A DNA stretch of 42,505 nucleotides from Gammaproteobacteria bacterium (GTDB taxonomy: Bacteria > Pseudomonadota > Gammaproteobacteria > GCA-001735895): positions 1-42,505 of the forward strand of contig JBLHWR010000002.1 of assembly GCA_047629275.1 (NCBI GenBank), read 5' to 3'. Below are positions 8,734 through 17,817 of the stretch, in pieces. Each line of letters opens with the position of its first letter. Position 1 is the first letter of the stretch. The notes beneath the pieces were generated by a model. The model made no database searches. It saw only the letters and a program-made list of their open reading frames with translations, and was not told where the DNA came from. The translations under genes and the position numbers were made by a program.

Positions 8734-9816
8734 TTATTGTGATTCACCCTCAGAAGCTCCAGCTTTGCGAATGGCATTTGCACGAGATGTTTCAATAAAT
8801 GAATACAAGGTACCTGGCCAGGATGGGGCACTTTCGGTATCAGACCAGGCATAACGATAGTGCCCTGGTGTTTTTGCAAAACACTTTAAAAAAGCATAGG
8901 AAAAATGAGACATGGAGTTAAATCCACTGGCAACTGATGCCTCTCGTACGGTCATACGAGTACTGGTGAGAAGAACACGCGCGTACTGTAATCTCAATAA
9001 TTGACTAAACTGAATAAATGAACATCCCATATACCGTTTAAAATAACGTTCGAGTTGACGTTGCGAAATACCAATATTGGCGGCAACTTCTGGCACTTTA
9101 AGCGGTTCCGCTATATTGGTTTCAATTAACTTAATTGCGGCATAAACAATGGTTGGAACCGACTCGGTCCAAGAACCAAGGGTATGTCTCTGCGCAAAAT
9201 TCGCATCTCTGATTGGGAAATGGAGTATTTGTTCAGCTATTTCTGATTTCAGATGCTCGCCATGCCTCGTGCCAATCAAGTAAAGCATTAAGTCGACCCC
9301 TGCAGTACCGCCGGAACAGGTGAGAATGTTTTTATCGATTGTATATAATTGCTCACTCAATTTCACGGCAGGGAACAGTTCAGCGAAACCTGCAATACAG
9401 GACCAGTGTGTGGTTGCTACTTTTTGTGATAATAATTTAGCTTTCGCTAGCGCGTAAACACCCAACTCGACACCACAAATTTGTACCGCTTTGAGGTTTA
9501 GCAAGCGTAACCAGTTAAACAGCTCCGAATTGTCATAGTGTTCACACCCCCAGCTACCAACAACAAAAACCGTATCGAAATCTTCCCGACTGTCATCCAG
9601 ACCCTTCGCTTCTATTGTTAACCCATTACTGGCTGTCACTATGGCGCCATCAAATGAAATATAGCGCCAATCGTAAAGCGGTTGTGGCGATAGGTAATTA
9701 GCCACTCGAAGCGTCTCAATCATAGTGGTCAAGGTCATCATATTGAACCGAGGTATCAAGACAAACGCGACCTTTGAAAGCTGATTATCAAATTTTTTAG
9801 ATGTGTTTTCTGACAT
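8734..9816 (-). CDS. GlxA-family AraC-type transcriptional regulator (CdhR-like)
   Basis: I moved the start to MSENTSKKF (ATG at 9816), which is preceded by AGGAGG. The N-terminal domain is DJ-1/PfpI-like (VAFVLIPRFNMMTLTTMIETLRVANYL). The C-terminal part is an AraC HTH (ISQRQLERYFKRYMG...SGFNSMSHFSYAFLKCFAKTPGHYR). It is divergent from the carnitine-type operon, as cdhR is in Pseudomonas. Confidence 0.85.
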   Translation of the reverse strand: MSENTSKKFDNQLSKVAFVLIPRFNMMTLTTMIETLRVANYLSPQPLYDWRYISFDGAIVTASNGLTIEAKGLDDSREDFDTVFVVGSWGCEHYDNSELFNWLRLLNLKAVQICGVELGVYALAKAKLLSQKVATTHWSCIAGFAELFPAVKLSEQLYTIDKNILTCSGGTAGVDLMLYLIGTRHGEHLKSEIAEQILHFPIRDANFAQRHTLGSWTESVPTIVYAAIKLIETNIAEPLKVPEVAANIGISQRQLERYFKRYMGCSFIQFSQLLRLQYARVLLTSTRMTVREASVASGFNSMSHFSYAFLKCFAKTPGHYRYAWSDTESAPSWPGTLYSFIETSRANAIRKAGASEGESQ

Positions 9817-9877
9817 AAAATAACCTCCTCTTGGGCTCAATAAAATCAAGTATATGACGAATTATAAGAAGTCTAGG

Positions 9878-9892
9878 CGATTAATCGATAAA
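9878..9892. promoter_or_regulatory. Palindrome CGATTAATCG plus overlapping AATCGATAAA motif in the divergent promoter region
   Basis: A perfect 10-bp palindrome lies at 9878-9887, about 55 nt upstream of the BKACE start. The overlapping 10-mer at 9883-9892 recurs at 8637-8646. Confidence 0.3.
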
Positions 9893-9944
9893 TTACGATC
9901 AATCTTCGCACAAACTGTCGTTAAATAAACGGAGAGGCTAAAAC

Positions 9945-10829
9945 ATGAACTATGAAGTAATTGTGACCTGCGCAGTCACTGGAGCGGGCGATACCACTAC
10001 CAAACACCCAGGCGTACCAGTCACCCCAAAACAAATTGCCGAGGCCGCAATCGAGGCCGCAAAAGCAGGCGCAGCTATTGCTCATATTCATGTTCGAGAC
10101 CCTGAGACAGGCAAAGGGTCGCGTGATCCTAAACTATTTGCAGAGGTAGTAGACAGGATTCGCAGTTCAGATACCGACATCGTTATTAACCTGACCGCAG
10201 GTATGGGTGGTGACTGGGTACCCAGTGAAGAAGATCCGTCAATGCCTGGTCCAGGTACTGACATGATTGGTCCACTGGAACGGCTGGCCCATGTTGAAGA
10301 ATTACTGCCTGAAATTTGTAGCCTTGACTGTGGCACCTTGAATTTTGGTAATGGTGAAGAAATTTATATTTCAACACCACCGACTCTGCGAAAAATGGCA
10401 GCATTGGCTAAAGAATGGGGCGTTAAGCCAGAGCTAGAAGTATTCGAACTCGGCCACATTCGATTCGCCAGACAAATGATCGCTGAAGGCCTGATCGATG
10501 ATCCACCGATGTTCCAGATTTGTCTGGGTATCCCCTGGGGTGCTGATCATACAGTCGATACGCTGAAGGTAATGAAAGATCATTTACCGGGTGATGCAAG
10601 CTGGACCAGTTTTGGCATTTCCAAAATGCAAATGCCGATAGCGGCAGCATCTGTTGCTATGGGTGGCAATGTTCGTGTCGGATTAGAAGATAATATTTAT
10701 CTCGACCGTGGCGTGCTGGCATCAAATGCACAGTTGGTAGAGCGTGCGGTCGGAATTATCGAACGTATGGGTGCAAGAGCAGTGACACCAGCAGAGGCTC
10801 GTAAACGTCTAAATTTACGGGGTGCGTAA
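9945..10829 (+). CDS. beta-keto acid cleavage enzyme (BKACE/DUF849), probable dehydrocarnitine cleavage enzyme
   Basis: 294 aa with VTGAG near the N-terminus, the Zn-binding H-x-H (AHIHVRD) and GLEDN. RBS GGAGAGG. The operon context includes carnitine dehydrogenase-like and CaiD-like genes. Confidence 0.85.
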   Translation: MNYEVIVTCAVTGAGDTTTKHPGVPVTPKQIAEAAIEAAKAGAAIAHIHVRDPETGKGSRDPKLFAEVVDRIRSSDTDIVINLTAGMGGDWVPSEEDPSMPGPGTDMIGPLERLAHVEELLPEICSLDCGTLNFGNGEEIYISTPPTLRKMAALAKEWGVKPELEVFELGHIRFARQMIAEGLIDDPPMFQICLGIPWGADHTVDTLKVMKDHLPGDASWTSFGISKMQMPIAAASVAMGGNVRVGLEDNIYLDRGVLASNAQLVERAVGIIERMGARAVTPAEARKRLNLRGA

Positions 10830-10887
10830 CTTTATTCTTTCTCGAGTAACCACTCACTATTAAGAAACTTTCAATTCGGAGATTCCT

Positions 10888-12048
10888 ATGGATATTGTAC
10901 TAAGCCATGAAAATGAAATGATTCTTGAAACCGTTCGCGCTTTCATGGAAAAAGAAATATATCCTCACGAAGAGGAAGTTGACCGCCTTGGTTTTGTTCC
11001 TAAAGAACTAGGTCAACAGATTGAACAGCAATCAATCGAAGCTGGATTATATTCAGCTAATCTGCCGGAGTCAGTCGGTGGTGGTGGACTCGACTACACG
11101 AATATGGCTGTTGTGGAGCGCGAATACGGTAAAACAAGCCATGCGCTTCACTCATGGATCGGCAGACCGACAGAATTACTCATGGCCTGTCAGGGAGACC
11201 AGATTGAGCGCTATCTCACACCTTGCGTTCAGGCAAAGAAACGAGAACTGTTTGCGCTAACCGAGCCTGAAGCAGGTTCTGACGTTATGTCGATGAGGAC
11301 AAATGCTAAACGTGACGGTGATGACTGGATATTAAACGGCTCGAAACATTTCATTTCTGGGCCCACCATGCCGGACTTTGCGATTGTATTTGCAGTTACC
11401 GGAATGGACGAGACCCCTCGTGGTCCGCGTAAAAGAGTCTCCGCATTTTTAGTCGATGTTGGCACCAAAGGTTTCGACATATCTGAAGGCAATCGTTGCG
11501 TGAGTTATCGTGGATATAACAACTATCAACTTTTCTTTTCGAATGTCCGCCTAGGACCTGATCAAATGCTTGGTGAAGAAGGTAAAGGTCTTGAATTATC
11601 TGGAAAATGGTTGGGTATGGGTCGTATTTGGGTTGGTGCCACCTGCACAGGTAAAGCCGAACGACTCTACGATCTAGCAGTCGATTGGGCCGCAAATCGC
11701 AAGCAATTCGGCAAACCGATTGGCCAATTTCAGGCAACGGGTTTCAAACTAGCGGACATGGCAATTGGCATTAAAACAGCCGATCTATTGGTAATGGATG
11801 CGGTTGCAAAGGCCGATGCTGGTACTCTTCAAGATGCTGATGCAGCCATGGTCAAAGTATATTGTTCAGAAATGCTCAATCGTGTTGCTGACGATACAGT
11901 TCAGATTTATGGCGGCATGGGGTTGATGGAAGAAATGCCCATTCAACGCTTATGGCGCGATTCTCGACTGGAGCGTATCTGGGACGGCACTTCTGAAATC
12001 CAACGCCACATAATCACACGTTCAATTCTACGTCCCTTAGGCGCATGA
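10888..12048 (+). CDS. acyl-CoA dehydrogenase (candidate gamma-butyrobetainyl-CoA dehydrogenase)
   Basis: 386 aa ACAD fold (FALTEPEAGSD, IYGGMG, DGTSEIQRHII). Its stop overlaps the next start (ATGA at 12045-12048). Confidence 0.85.
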   Translation: MDIVLSHENEMILETVRAFMEKEIYPHEEEVDRLGFVPKELGQQIEQQSIEAGLYSANLPESVGGGGLDYTNMAVVEREYGKTSHALHSWIGRPTELLMACQGDQIERYLTPCVQAKKRELFALTEPEAGSDVMSMRTNAKRDGDDWILNGSKHFISGPTMPDFAIVFAVTGMDETPRGPRKRVSAFLVDVGTKGFDISEGNRCVSYRGYNNYQLFFSNVRLGPDQMLGEEGKGLELSGKWLGMGRIWVGATCTGKAERLYDLAVDWAANRKQFGKPIGQFQATGFKLADMAIGIKTADLLVMDAVAKADAGTLQDADAAMVKVYCSEMLNRVADDTVQIYGGMGLMEEMPIQRLWRDSRLERIWDGTSEIQRHIITRSILRPLGA

Positions 12049-14174
12049 CCCCAAAACAACGAAAAAACCTACTGAGATTACTAAAGCCGCGACATATTGC
12101 CTTTATTGGCGGGACCGACGCTGAAACAGCCCTAAGGTCCTGCCAACGAATTGGTTTTTCTGGTGATATTTGGCCCGTTAATCCCAGGCGAGACAGTATG
12201 TGCGGCCTGCCCTGCTATCAAAGCATCGAACAATTGCCCGATGTACCTGATGCGGTATTTCTTGCAGTGCCGACCAAACCCGCCGTCGACATAGTTCGCT
12301 GGCTTGCTGAGAAAGGTGCCGGAGGGGTTGTCTGCTATACCGCTGGATTTGGTTCTGACGGTAAGGAAGGTGGTGCGTCCGACCAGCCTTTGGTAGAGGT
12401 TGCGGGTGACATGGCAATTGTTGGGCCTAATTGTTACGGCGTTATAAACTTTATGGATCGAGTTGCGCTTTGGCCATTTGCACACGGCGGGTTTAACCCT
12501 GGGTATGGCGCTGCCATCATCACTCAAAGTGGCATGTTATCGTCCGACATAACCATGAACCAACGTTCAGTGCCGTTGGCCTACATGGTATCAGCAGGTA
12601 ATCAGTCTGTTTTAAGACTTGAAGACTATATCGACGTCATGTGTGAGCTAGATGAAGTTCGTGCCATTGGGCTGCATATTGAAGGACTGAAAGATATCGA
12701 GTCCTTTAGCCGTATCGCCCTTAAAGCACTCGAACTAAACAAACCGATTGTGGTACTTAAAACTGGCACCTCAAAGATTGGTGGGCAATTAACTATAAGT
12801 CATACCGGATCGCTATCAGGCACCAATGAACTCTATCAGGCTCTGTTTGACCGACTGAGTATCATCAGCGTGACAAACCCAGCTCAACTTTTAGAAACAC
12901 TCAAGCTTATTTGTGTCAGCGGCATACCAAAAGGCAATCGTTTAATGGGTTTCACCTGTTCAGGCGGTGGCGCGACTATGCTTGCTGACTATGCAGAAGA
13001 ATTAGATTTAGAATTCCCTCAGCCGACTCCTTTGGTCGAAACAGACCTAATTAAAAAGTTACCGGCGATTGCCAACGTTACCAATCCTTTGGACTACACA
13101 ACCCCTATTTGGGGTATTCAAGAAAAAGTCACAGCGGTGTTCGAGGCAGCGTTTCAAGATAACTATGACGCAGCCATTATCGTACAGGACTATCCACTGC
13201 CAGATTGCGATGAAAGTAAGCCCTTTTACCTTAACGACGCAAAATCATTTATTCATGCACTGTCAAAAGCAGGCATACCCGGCATTCTGTGCAGCACGCT
13301 GTCAGAAAACATTGATCAGAAAACACGTGAGTTCCTGATTGAGAACCACATTACCCCTGCTCAGGGCATTATTGAAACGCTGAATGCAATTGGTGCCTGC
13401 GTCTGGTATCACTCACAACGGCCTTTTGTATTAAATAATGTGTCAAAAAAATTCATTATTGTAAATTGCACTAATGACATAATTCAAATAGATGAACATG
13501 CCGCAAAAACTGAACTCGGATTGGTTGGTATCAACGTTCCCGAATCCAAACTAGTCAATACTAGCGATGTGACCAAAGCAGCACAGCAGCTTGGTTTTCC
13601 AGTTGCATTAAAACTTAACTCACAACACATAGCTCACAAGACAGAAATCGGCGCTGTGGCGATCAACTTGAATGATAGACTAGAAGTTGGCAAGGCCACT
13701 CTCCAGATGCAATTTAACGTAGCCAATGCCGATCCGACACTGAACACTGACAGCTTTTTAGTTGAAAAAATGCAACCCAAACCGCTCGCTGAACTTATGG
13801 TGAATATTCGCCACGACTCACAATTTGGAATGGTAATGACACTGTCTAGTGGCGGTGTTTTAATTGAGTTACTAGAAGACGCAGTCACGATGATTTTACC
13901 TGCATTTGAAGCCGAAATTCTATACGCAATAAATCAGCTCAAAATATCAAAAATACTAAACGGTTACCGAGGTAGTCAGTCAGTGGATAAAACCTCATTG
14001 GTCAATAGTATAAAAAAAATCATTGATTACGTAATTGAAAATAAGTACCACATTGCCGAAATAGAAATTAACCCACTATTTGTATACGCCAACGAAACCT
14101 ATGCGGTGGATGTATTAATGCAGGTATATCAATCAAGATCTGAACCGGCTAAAGCTACAGCTAAGCTATCCTAA
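12045..14174 (+). CDS. ADP-forming acyl-CoA synthetase (CoA-binding + ATP-grasp fusion)
   Basis: 709 aa. The N-terminal domain is CoA-binding, succinyl-CoA-synthetase-alpha-like, and carries the phosphohistidine loop ISHTGSLSG. The C-terminal part is ATP-grasp (FPVALKLNSQHIAHKTEIGAV). Confidence 0.8.
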   Translation: MTPKQRKNLLRLLKPRHIAFIGGTDAETALRSCQRIGFSGDIWPVNPRRDSMCGLPCYQSIEQLPDVPDAVFLAVPTKPAVDIVRWLAEKGAGGVVCYTAGFGSDGKEGGASDQPLVEVAGDMAIVGPNCYGVINFMDRVALWPFAHGGFNPGYGAAIITQSGMLSSDITMNQRSVPLAYMVSAGNQSVLRLEDYIDVMCELDEVRAIGLHIEGLKDIESFSRIALKALELNKPIVVLKTGTSKIGGQLTISHTGSLSGTNELYQALFDRLSIISVTNPAQLLETLKLICVSGIPKGNRLMGFTCSGGGATMLADYAEELDLEFPQPTPLVETDLIKKLPAIANVTNPLDYTTPIWGIQEKVTAVFEAAFQDNYDAAIIVQDYPLPDCDESKPFYLNDAKSFIHALSKAGIPGILCSTLSENIDQKTREFLIENHITPAQGIIETLNAIGACVWYHSQRPFVLNNVSKKFIIVNCTNDIIQIDEHAAKTELGLVGINVPESKLVNTSDVTKAAQQLGFPVALKLNSQHIAHKTEIGAVAINLNDRLEVGKATLQMQFNVANADPTLNTDSFLVEKMQPKPLAELMVNIRHDSQFGMVMTLSSGGVLIELLEDAVTMILPAFEAEILYAINQLKISKILNGYRGSQSVDKTSLVNSIKKIIDYVIENKYHIAEIEINPLFVYANETYAVDVLMQVYQSRSEPAKATAKLS

Positions 14175-14203
14175 TAATGACAGCAAACAATTGAGGTAAA
14201 AAA

Positions 14204-15016
14204 ATGATCCCAGGTGATAACGAAGTTCAGGTAGAAATTGATGGTCCTATAATGTTGGTTACACTTAACCGACCCAAGGCTAATGCGATAGATTTACCAA
14301 CCAGCCGTAAGCTCGGTGAAGCATTCGTCTATTTTAGGGATACGCCCGAGTTAAAAGTCGCCATCATTACCGGTGCCGGCGAACGAATATTTTGCGCTGG
14401 TTGGGATTTAAAAGCATTGGACAGTGGTGATACACCACTCGACAACTGGTGGGAAGCAGAAGACCCAGAGCTAGGCGGCTTTGCGGGGCTCACTGAAATG
14501 TGGAATTTAAACAAGCCTGTCATTGCTGCTTTAAACGGCTTAACCATTGGTGGTGGTTTCGAAATTGCACTGGCCTGTGACTTGATTATAGCGGCTGAAC
14601 ATGTTGAATTTGCCCTGCCAGAATTACCCCTGGGACTTATTCCTGATGCCGGTGCCGTGCAGCGTTTACCCAAGCGTCTACCCTACAATATCGCGTTAGA
14701 AATGCTTTATTTAGGTCGAAGGATGCCCGCGAAAGAAGCGGCGCAATATGGTCTCATCAACAAAATAGTACCCGCAGAAGATTTAATGCAGACAGCAAAA
14801 ACATGGGCAGAAAAAATGGCCCAAGTGGCACCACTGGCTCTTCAGTCAATAAAAGAGGTGTTGAGAGCAATCGAAGGCGAAACCATTGAAAATTCCTTTC
14901 AGAAAATGCGCTATGGCGACCTCCCAACCTACAAAGCGATGCTGTCATCTGATGATGCTGGAGAGGGCGTAAAAGCTTTTGTTGAAAAACGCGATGCTAA
15001 GTTTAAAGGCCAATAA
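14204..15016 (+). CDS. caiD: crotonobetainyl-CoA hydratase / carnitinyl-CoA dehydratase (crotonase family)
   Basis: 270 aa, colinear with my recollection of E. coli CaiD: RPKANAID, VAIITGAGE, AGWDLKA, GGFAGLTE, NKPVIAA-NG, GGGFE-ALA-D, EKRD--FKG. Confidence 0.8.
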   Translation: MIPGDNEVQVEIDGPIMLVTLNRPKANAIDLPTSRKLGEAFVYFRDTPELKVAIITGAGERIFCAGWDLKALDSGDTPLDNWWEAEDPELGGFAGLTEMWNLNKPVIAALNGLTIGGGFEIALACDLIIAAEHVEFALPELPLGLIPDAGAVQRLPKRLPYNIALEMLYLGRRMPAKEAAQYGLINKIVPAEDLMQTAKTWAEKMAQVAPLALQSIKEVLRAIEGETIENSFQKMRYGDLPTYKAMLSSDDAGEGVKAFVEKRDAKFKGQ

Positions 15017-15019
15017 ATT

Positions 15020-15961
15020 ATGTTAAATCAAAAACCAGAAGACGTCCGCCAAATCACTTGTATTGGTGCAGGGCCGATTGGTGGCGGTTGGGCAGCGCAT
15101 TATCTGGCGCAGGGATATCAAGTCACCAGTTACCTGCATGATGCCTCTGAGCACAAAGCACTCATGGGTTTAATAGAAAATGCATGGGTTAGTCTTGAGG
15201 AAATTGGGTTGGCTGACGGAGCCTCTCTAGATAATTTCAGCTGGACCACTGATCTTGCAAAAGCGACAGAAAAAGCTGAATTTATTCAAGAAAGCATTCC
15301 TGAGATATTGGAGTTGAAACAAGCTCTGTACCAAACCTTAGGAGATATAGTCAATCCCCAGGTTGCTATTGCGTCGAGCACATCTGGGTTATCGATGACT
15401 GATATTCAGGCAAATTGCGCAACACCTGAAAGAACCGTCGTAGCACATCCGTTCAACCCACCTTATTTATTACCACTGGTAGAAATGATTGGGGGTAAAA
15501 AAACTGCGCCCGAAACCGTAGCTTGGACTGAAAAGTTTTATAAAGTAGCCGGAAAATCACCACTGGTAATGAAAAAAGAAGTGCCTGGCTTTATCGCAAC
15601 ACGACTGCAGGAAGCTATTTGGCGTGAAGCGCTGCACATGGTCGCCAACGGTGAAGCGACCGTCGAACAAATAGACCAAGCAGTGGTCAATGGGCCAGGC
15701 CCTCGTTGGGCATTAATGGGCCCTTGTGAAATATTCCATGTTGGTGGCGGCGAAGGTGGCATGGCTTACTGTTTGGATCAGTTTGGACCCGCACTGAAAC
15801 TACCCTGGACAAGACTAATTGCACCCGAGTTGACCGATGAGCTGAGAAAATCGATGGTCGATGGCTGTGTTGAAATGACTAACGGCAAGGACTTTGCGAC
15901 ACTGAGTCGAAAAATGAATGATGGACTGGTTGAAATCGCAAAGATGAAACGGCAGAAATAA
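15020..15961 (+). CDS. lcdH: L-carnitine dehydrogenase-like 3-hydroxyacyl dehydrogenase
   Basis: 313 aa with Rossmann motif IGAGPIGGGWA. 3-hydroxyacyl-CoA-dehydrogenase N and C domains (EVPGFIATRLQEA...GPGPRWALMGP...FGPALKLPWTRL). There is no fused thioesterase domain. Confidence 0.75.
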   Translation: MLNQKPEDVRQITCIGAGPIGGGWAAHYLAQGYQVTSYLHDASEHKALMGLIENAWVSLEEIGLADGASLDNFSWTTDLAKATEKAEFIQESIPEILELKQALYQTLGDIVNPQVAIASSTSGLSMTDIQANCATPERTVVAHPFNPPYLLPLVEMIGGKKTAPETVAWTEKFYKVAGKSPLVMKKEVPGFIATRLQEAIWREALHMVANGEATVEQIDQAVVNGPGPRWALMGPCEIFHVGGGEGGMAYCLDQFGPALKLPWTRLIAPELTDELRKSMVDGCVEMTNGKDFATLSRKMNDGLVEIAKMKRQK

Positions 15962-15967
15962 GCTTTG

Positions 15968-16007
15968 GTCGTGTTTGGAGAATTGTCATTACCACTTCAA
16001 ACACGAC
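15968..16007 (+). terminator. hairpin after the catabolic operon (possible terminator or stabiliser)
   Basis: Arms GTCGTGTTTG and CAAACACGAC form a 10-bp perfect stem, extendable by 3 bp. There is no U-tract, so intrinsic-terminator function is uncertain. Confidence 0.3.
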
Positions 16008-16133
16008 ATTCCTAGCCTGCTTAGACAATTCCAATAAAAATAGTCACTAAATTTATCTTCAGGTTTTACTTGTTAATCTGTTAATTTAAAACGAGAATAA
16101 GTCTTCACTGGTTGCTTGTTCTGTTCCCCCATT

Positions 16134-16610
16134 ATGGCCTCAAAAAAGAAATCTAAAACCTCTAACAATACTATCGCGACGAATCGAGTGGTTCGCCATG
16201 ATTATTCGATTGAGGATGACCTTGAGGTAGGTATTGTACTCGAAGGCTGGGAAGTAAAAAGCTTACGCCAGAATAACCTACAACTAAAAGAAAGTTATGT
16301 GATGGCTAAAAATGGTGAGCTATGGCTCATCGGCGCTCATATTAGCGTACTTAACACGGCGTCTACTCATATCACTCCAATTGCTACACGGACTCGAAAG
16401 TTACTCGCGCATAAAATTGAAATTTACCGACTGACAGCTATGGTAGACCGCAAGGGTTATACTATTGTTGCGCTATCAGCCTACTGGGTGCAAGGGCGCG
16501 CTAAGGTAAAATTAGGAATGGCTAAAGGTAAGAAGTCACACGACAAACGTGCCTCCGAGAAGGATAGAGATTGGCAACGTGACAAGTCCAGAATCATGAA
16601 GCATTCATAA
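16134..16610 (+). CDS. smpB: SsrA-binding protein SmpB
   Basis: I set the start at the ATG MASKKKSK; the track ORF begins at an upstream TTG. Motifs: NRVVRHDYSIED, GWEVKSLR and a basic C-terminal tail. Confidence 0.9.
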   Translation: MASKKKSKTSNNTIATNRVVRHDYSIEDDLEVGIVLEGWEVKSLRQNNLQLKESYVMAKNGELWLIGAHISVLNTASTHITPIATRTRKLLAHKIEIYRLTAMVDRKGYTIVALSAYWVQGRAKVKLGMAKGKKSHDKRASEKDRDWQRDKSRIMKHS

Positions 16611-16675
16611 CCCATCAACCAATCTATCAACAATTAGCGTTAAAAGGTTAACTGGAAAGCATGGCTTAAAGACCA

Positions 16676-17374
16676 TTATTTCCAAGCAGGATCTTCACAG
16701 TTTGAAGCAAGGAAAGCAGCATAGTCCTCATTCGCCTGAACCGATTCAACAGTGCCCGTCCAGATGGGCAGTGGGCCAGTCCTTTCAATTGATCGAGCAT
16801 TAACGTCTCGTAAATCTTCATCATGACCACTATCATCATCCAAGCTTAGCGCCGTTTGCCCCCCTGTCATTGCTAGGTAAACATCAGCCAATATGCGCGC
16901 ATCGAGTAATGCGCCATGTAAGCTTCGCTGACTATTATCGATAAAATAACGCCGACACAGCGCATCTAGGTTGTTTTTCTGGCCCGGGTGTTTTTGCCGT
17001 GCCATGACGAGCGTGTCGAGCACGCTACAAATCGAATTTATACGAGTAACTTCACCATCCAGTTTGGCAAATTCGTGATCCAGAAAGCCAACATCAAAAG
17101 TAGCATTATGAATAACGAGTTCAGCTCCTTTGATATAGTCAACAAAGTCTTGCGCAACATCGGCAAATAATGGTTTATCTTGGAGAGACTCGCTACTAAT
17201 ACCATGCACAGCGAAAGCACCTGCGTCTATCTCGCGTTCAGGATTAATATAAAAATGCCAATGCTTATCAGTGATACGTCTATCGATTAATTCAACACAA
17301 CCAATTTCGATAATCCGATGTCCCTGACTGGTCTCAAGGCCAGTAGTTTCAGTATCGAGTACAACCTGTCTCAT
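16676..17374 (-). CDS. dnaQ: DNA polymerase III epsilon subunit (3'-5' exonuclease)
   Basis: 232 aa. Exo motifs [18 protein letters not shown] and [14 protein letters not shown], plus a QTALSL clamp-binding-like motif. The start overlaps the rnhA stop (ATGA). Confidence 0.9.
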   Translation of the reverse strand: MRQVVLDTETTGLETSQGHRIIEIGCVELIDRRITDKHWHFYINPEREIDAGAFAVHGISSESLQDKPLFADVAQDFVDYIKGAELVIHNATFDVGFLDHEFAKLDGEVTRINSICSVLDTLVMARQKHPGQKNNLDALCRRYFIDNSQRSLHGALLDARILADVYLAMTGGQTALSLDDDSGHDEDLRDVNARSIERTGPLPIWTGTVESVQANEDYAAFLASNCEDPAWK

Positions 17375-17817
17375 GATTTAGCAGTCGCTTGGTCGATAGC
17401 ATCATTTGCCAATTGATCAGCTGCTTCGTTTCCGGGAACGCCTGAGTGGCCTTTCACCCAGTGCCAATTAATATCATGTCGCGTTACTTCTTGGTCGAGC
17501 TCCTGCCATAAATCTACGTTTTTAACCGGCTTTTTGGCTGCCGTTTTCCAACCATTTTTCTTCCAGTTTACAATCCAGTCATTTATACCCTGCAAGACAT
17601 ACTTTGAATCAGTATTGAGTTCGACATCACAGCCACGGTTTAATGACTTCAAGCCTTCAATTACAGCCATCAACTCCATCCGATTATTAGTGGTCTCAGA
17701 GTCGAATCCCTTCAATGTTTTCTCACTATCTTTGTACTTTAAGAGAACACCCCAACCCCCAGGCCCTGGGTTTCCGCGACAGGCACCATCGGTATATATC
17801 ACTACTTTATTTGTCAT
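17371..17817 (-). CDS. rnhA: ribonuclease HI
   Basis: 148 aa: [37 protein letters not shown]. Confidence 0.92.
   Translation of the reverse strand: MTNKVVIYTDGACRGNPGPGGWGVLLKYKDSEKTLKGFDSETTNNRMELMAVIEGLKSLNRGCDVELNTDSKYVLQGINDWIVNWKKNGWKTAAKKPVKNVDLWQELDQEVTRHDINWHWVKGHSGVPGNEAADQLANDAIDQATAKS

Noticed and set aside
8560-8742. 60-aa plus-strand ORF in the regulator-SBP intergenic region
   Set aside because: It is an AT-rich promoter region. The product is hydrophobic and low-complexity with no SD, and it overlaps the regulator's stop on the opposite strand.
15962-16675. Search for a tmRNA (ssrA) gene next to smpB
   Set aside because: The flanking non-coding stretches are only about 170 nt and about 65 nt. 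Neither contains a tRNA-Ala-like acceptor/T-arm, and both are too short for a roughly 350-nt tmRNA.
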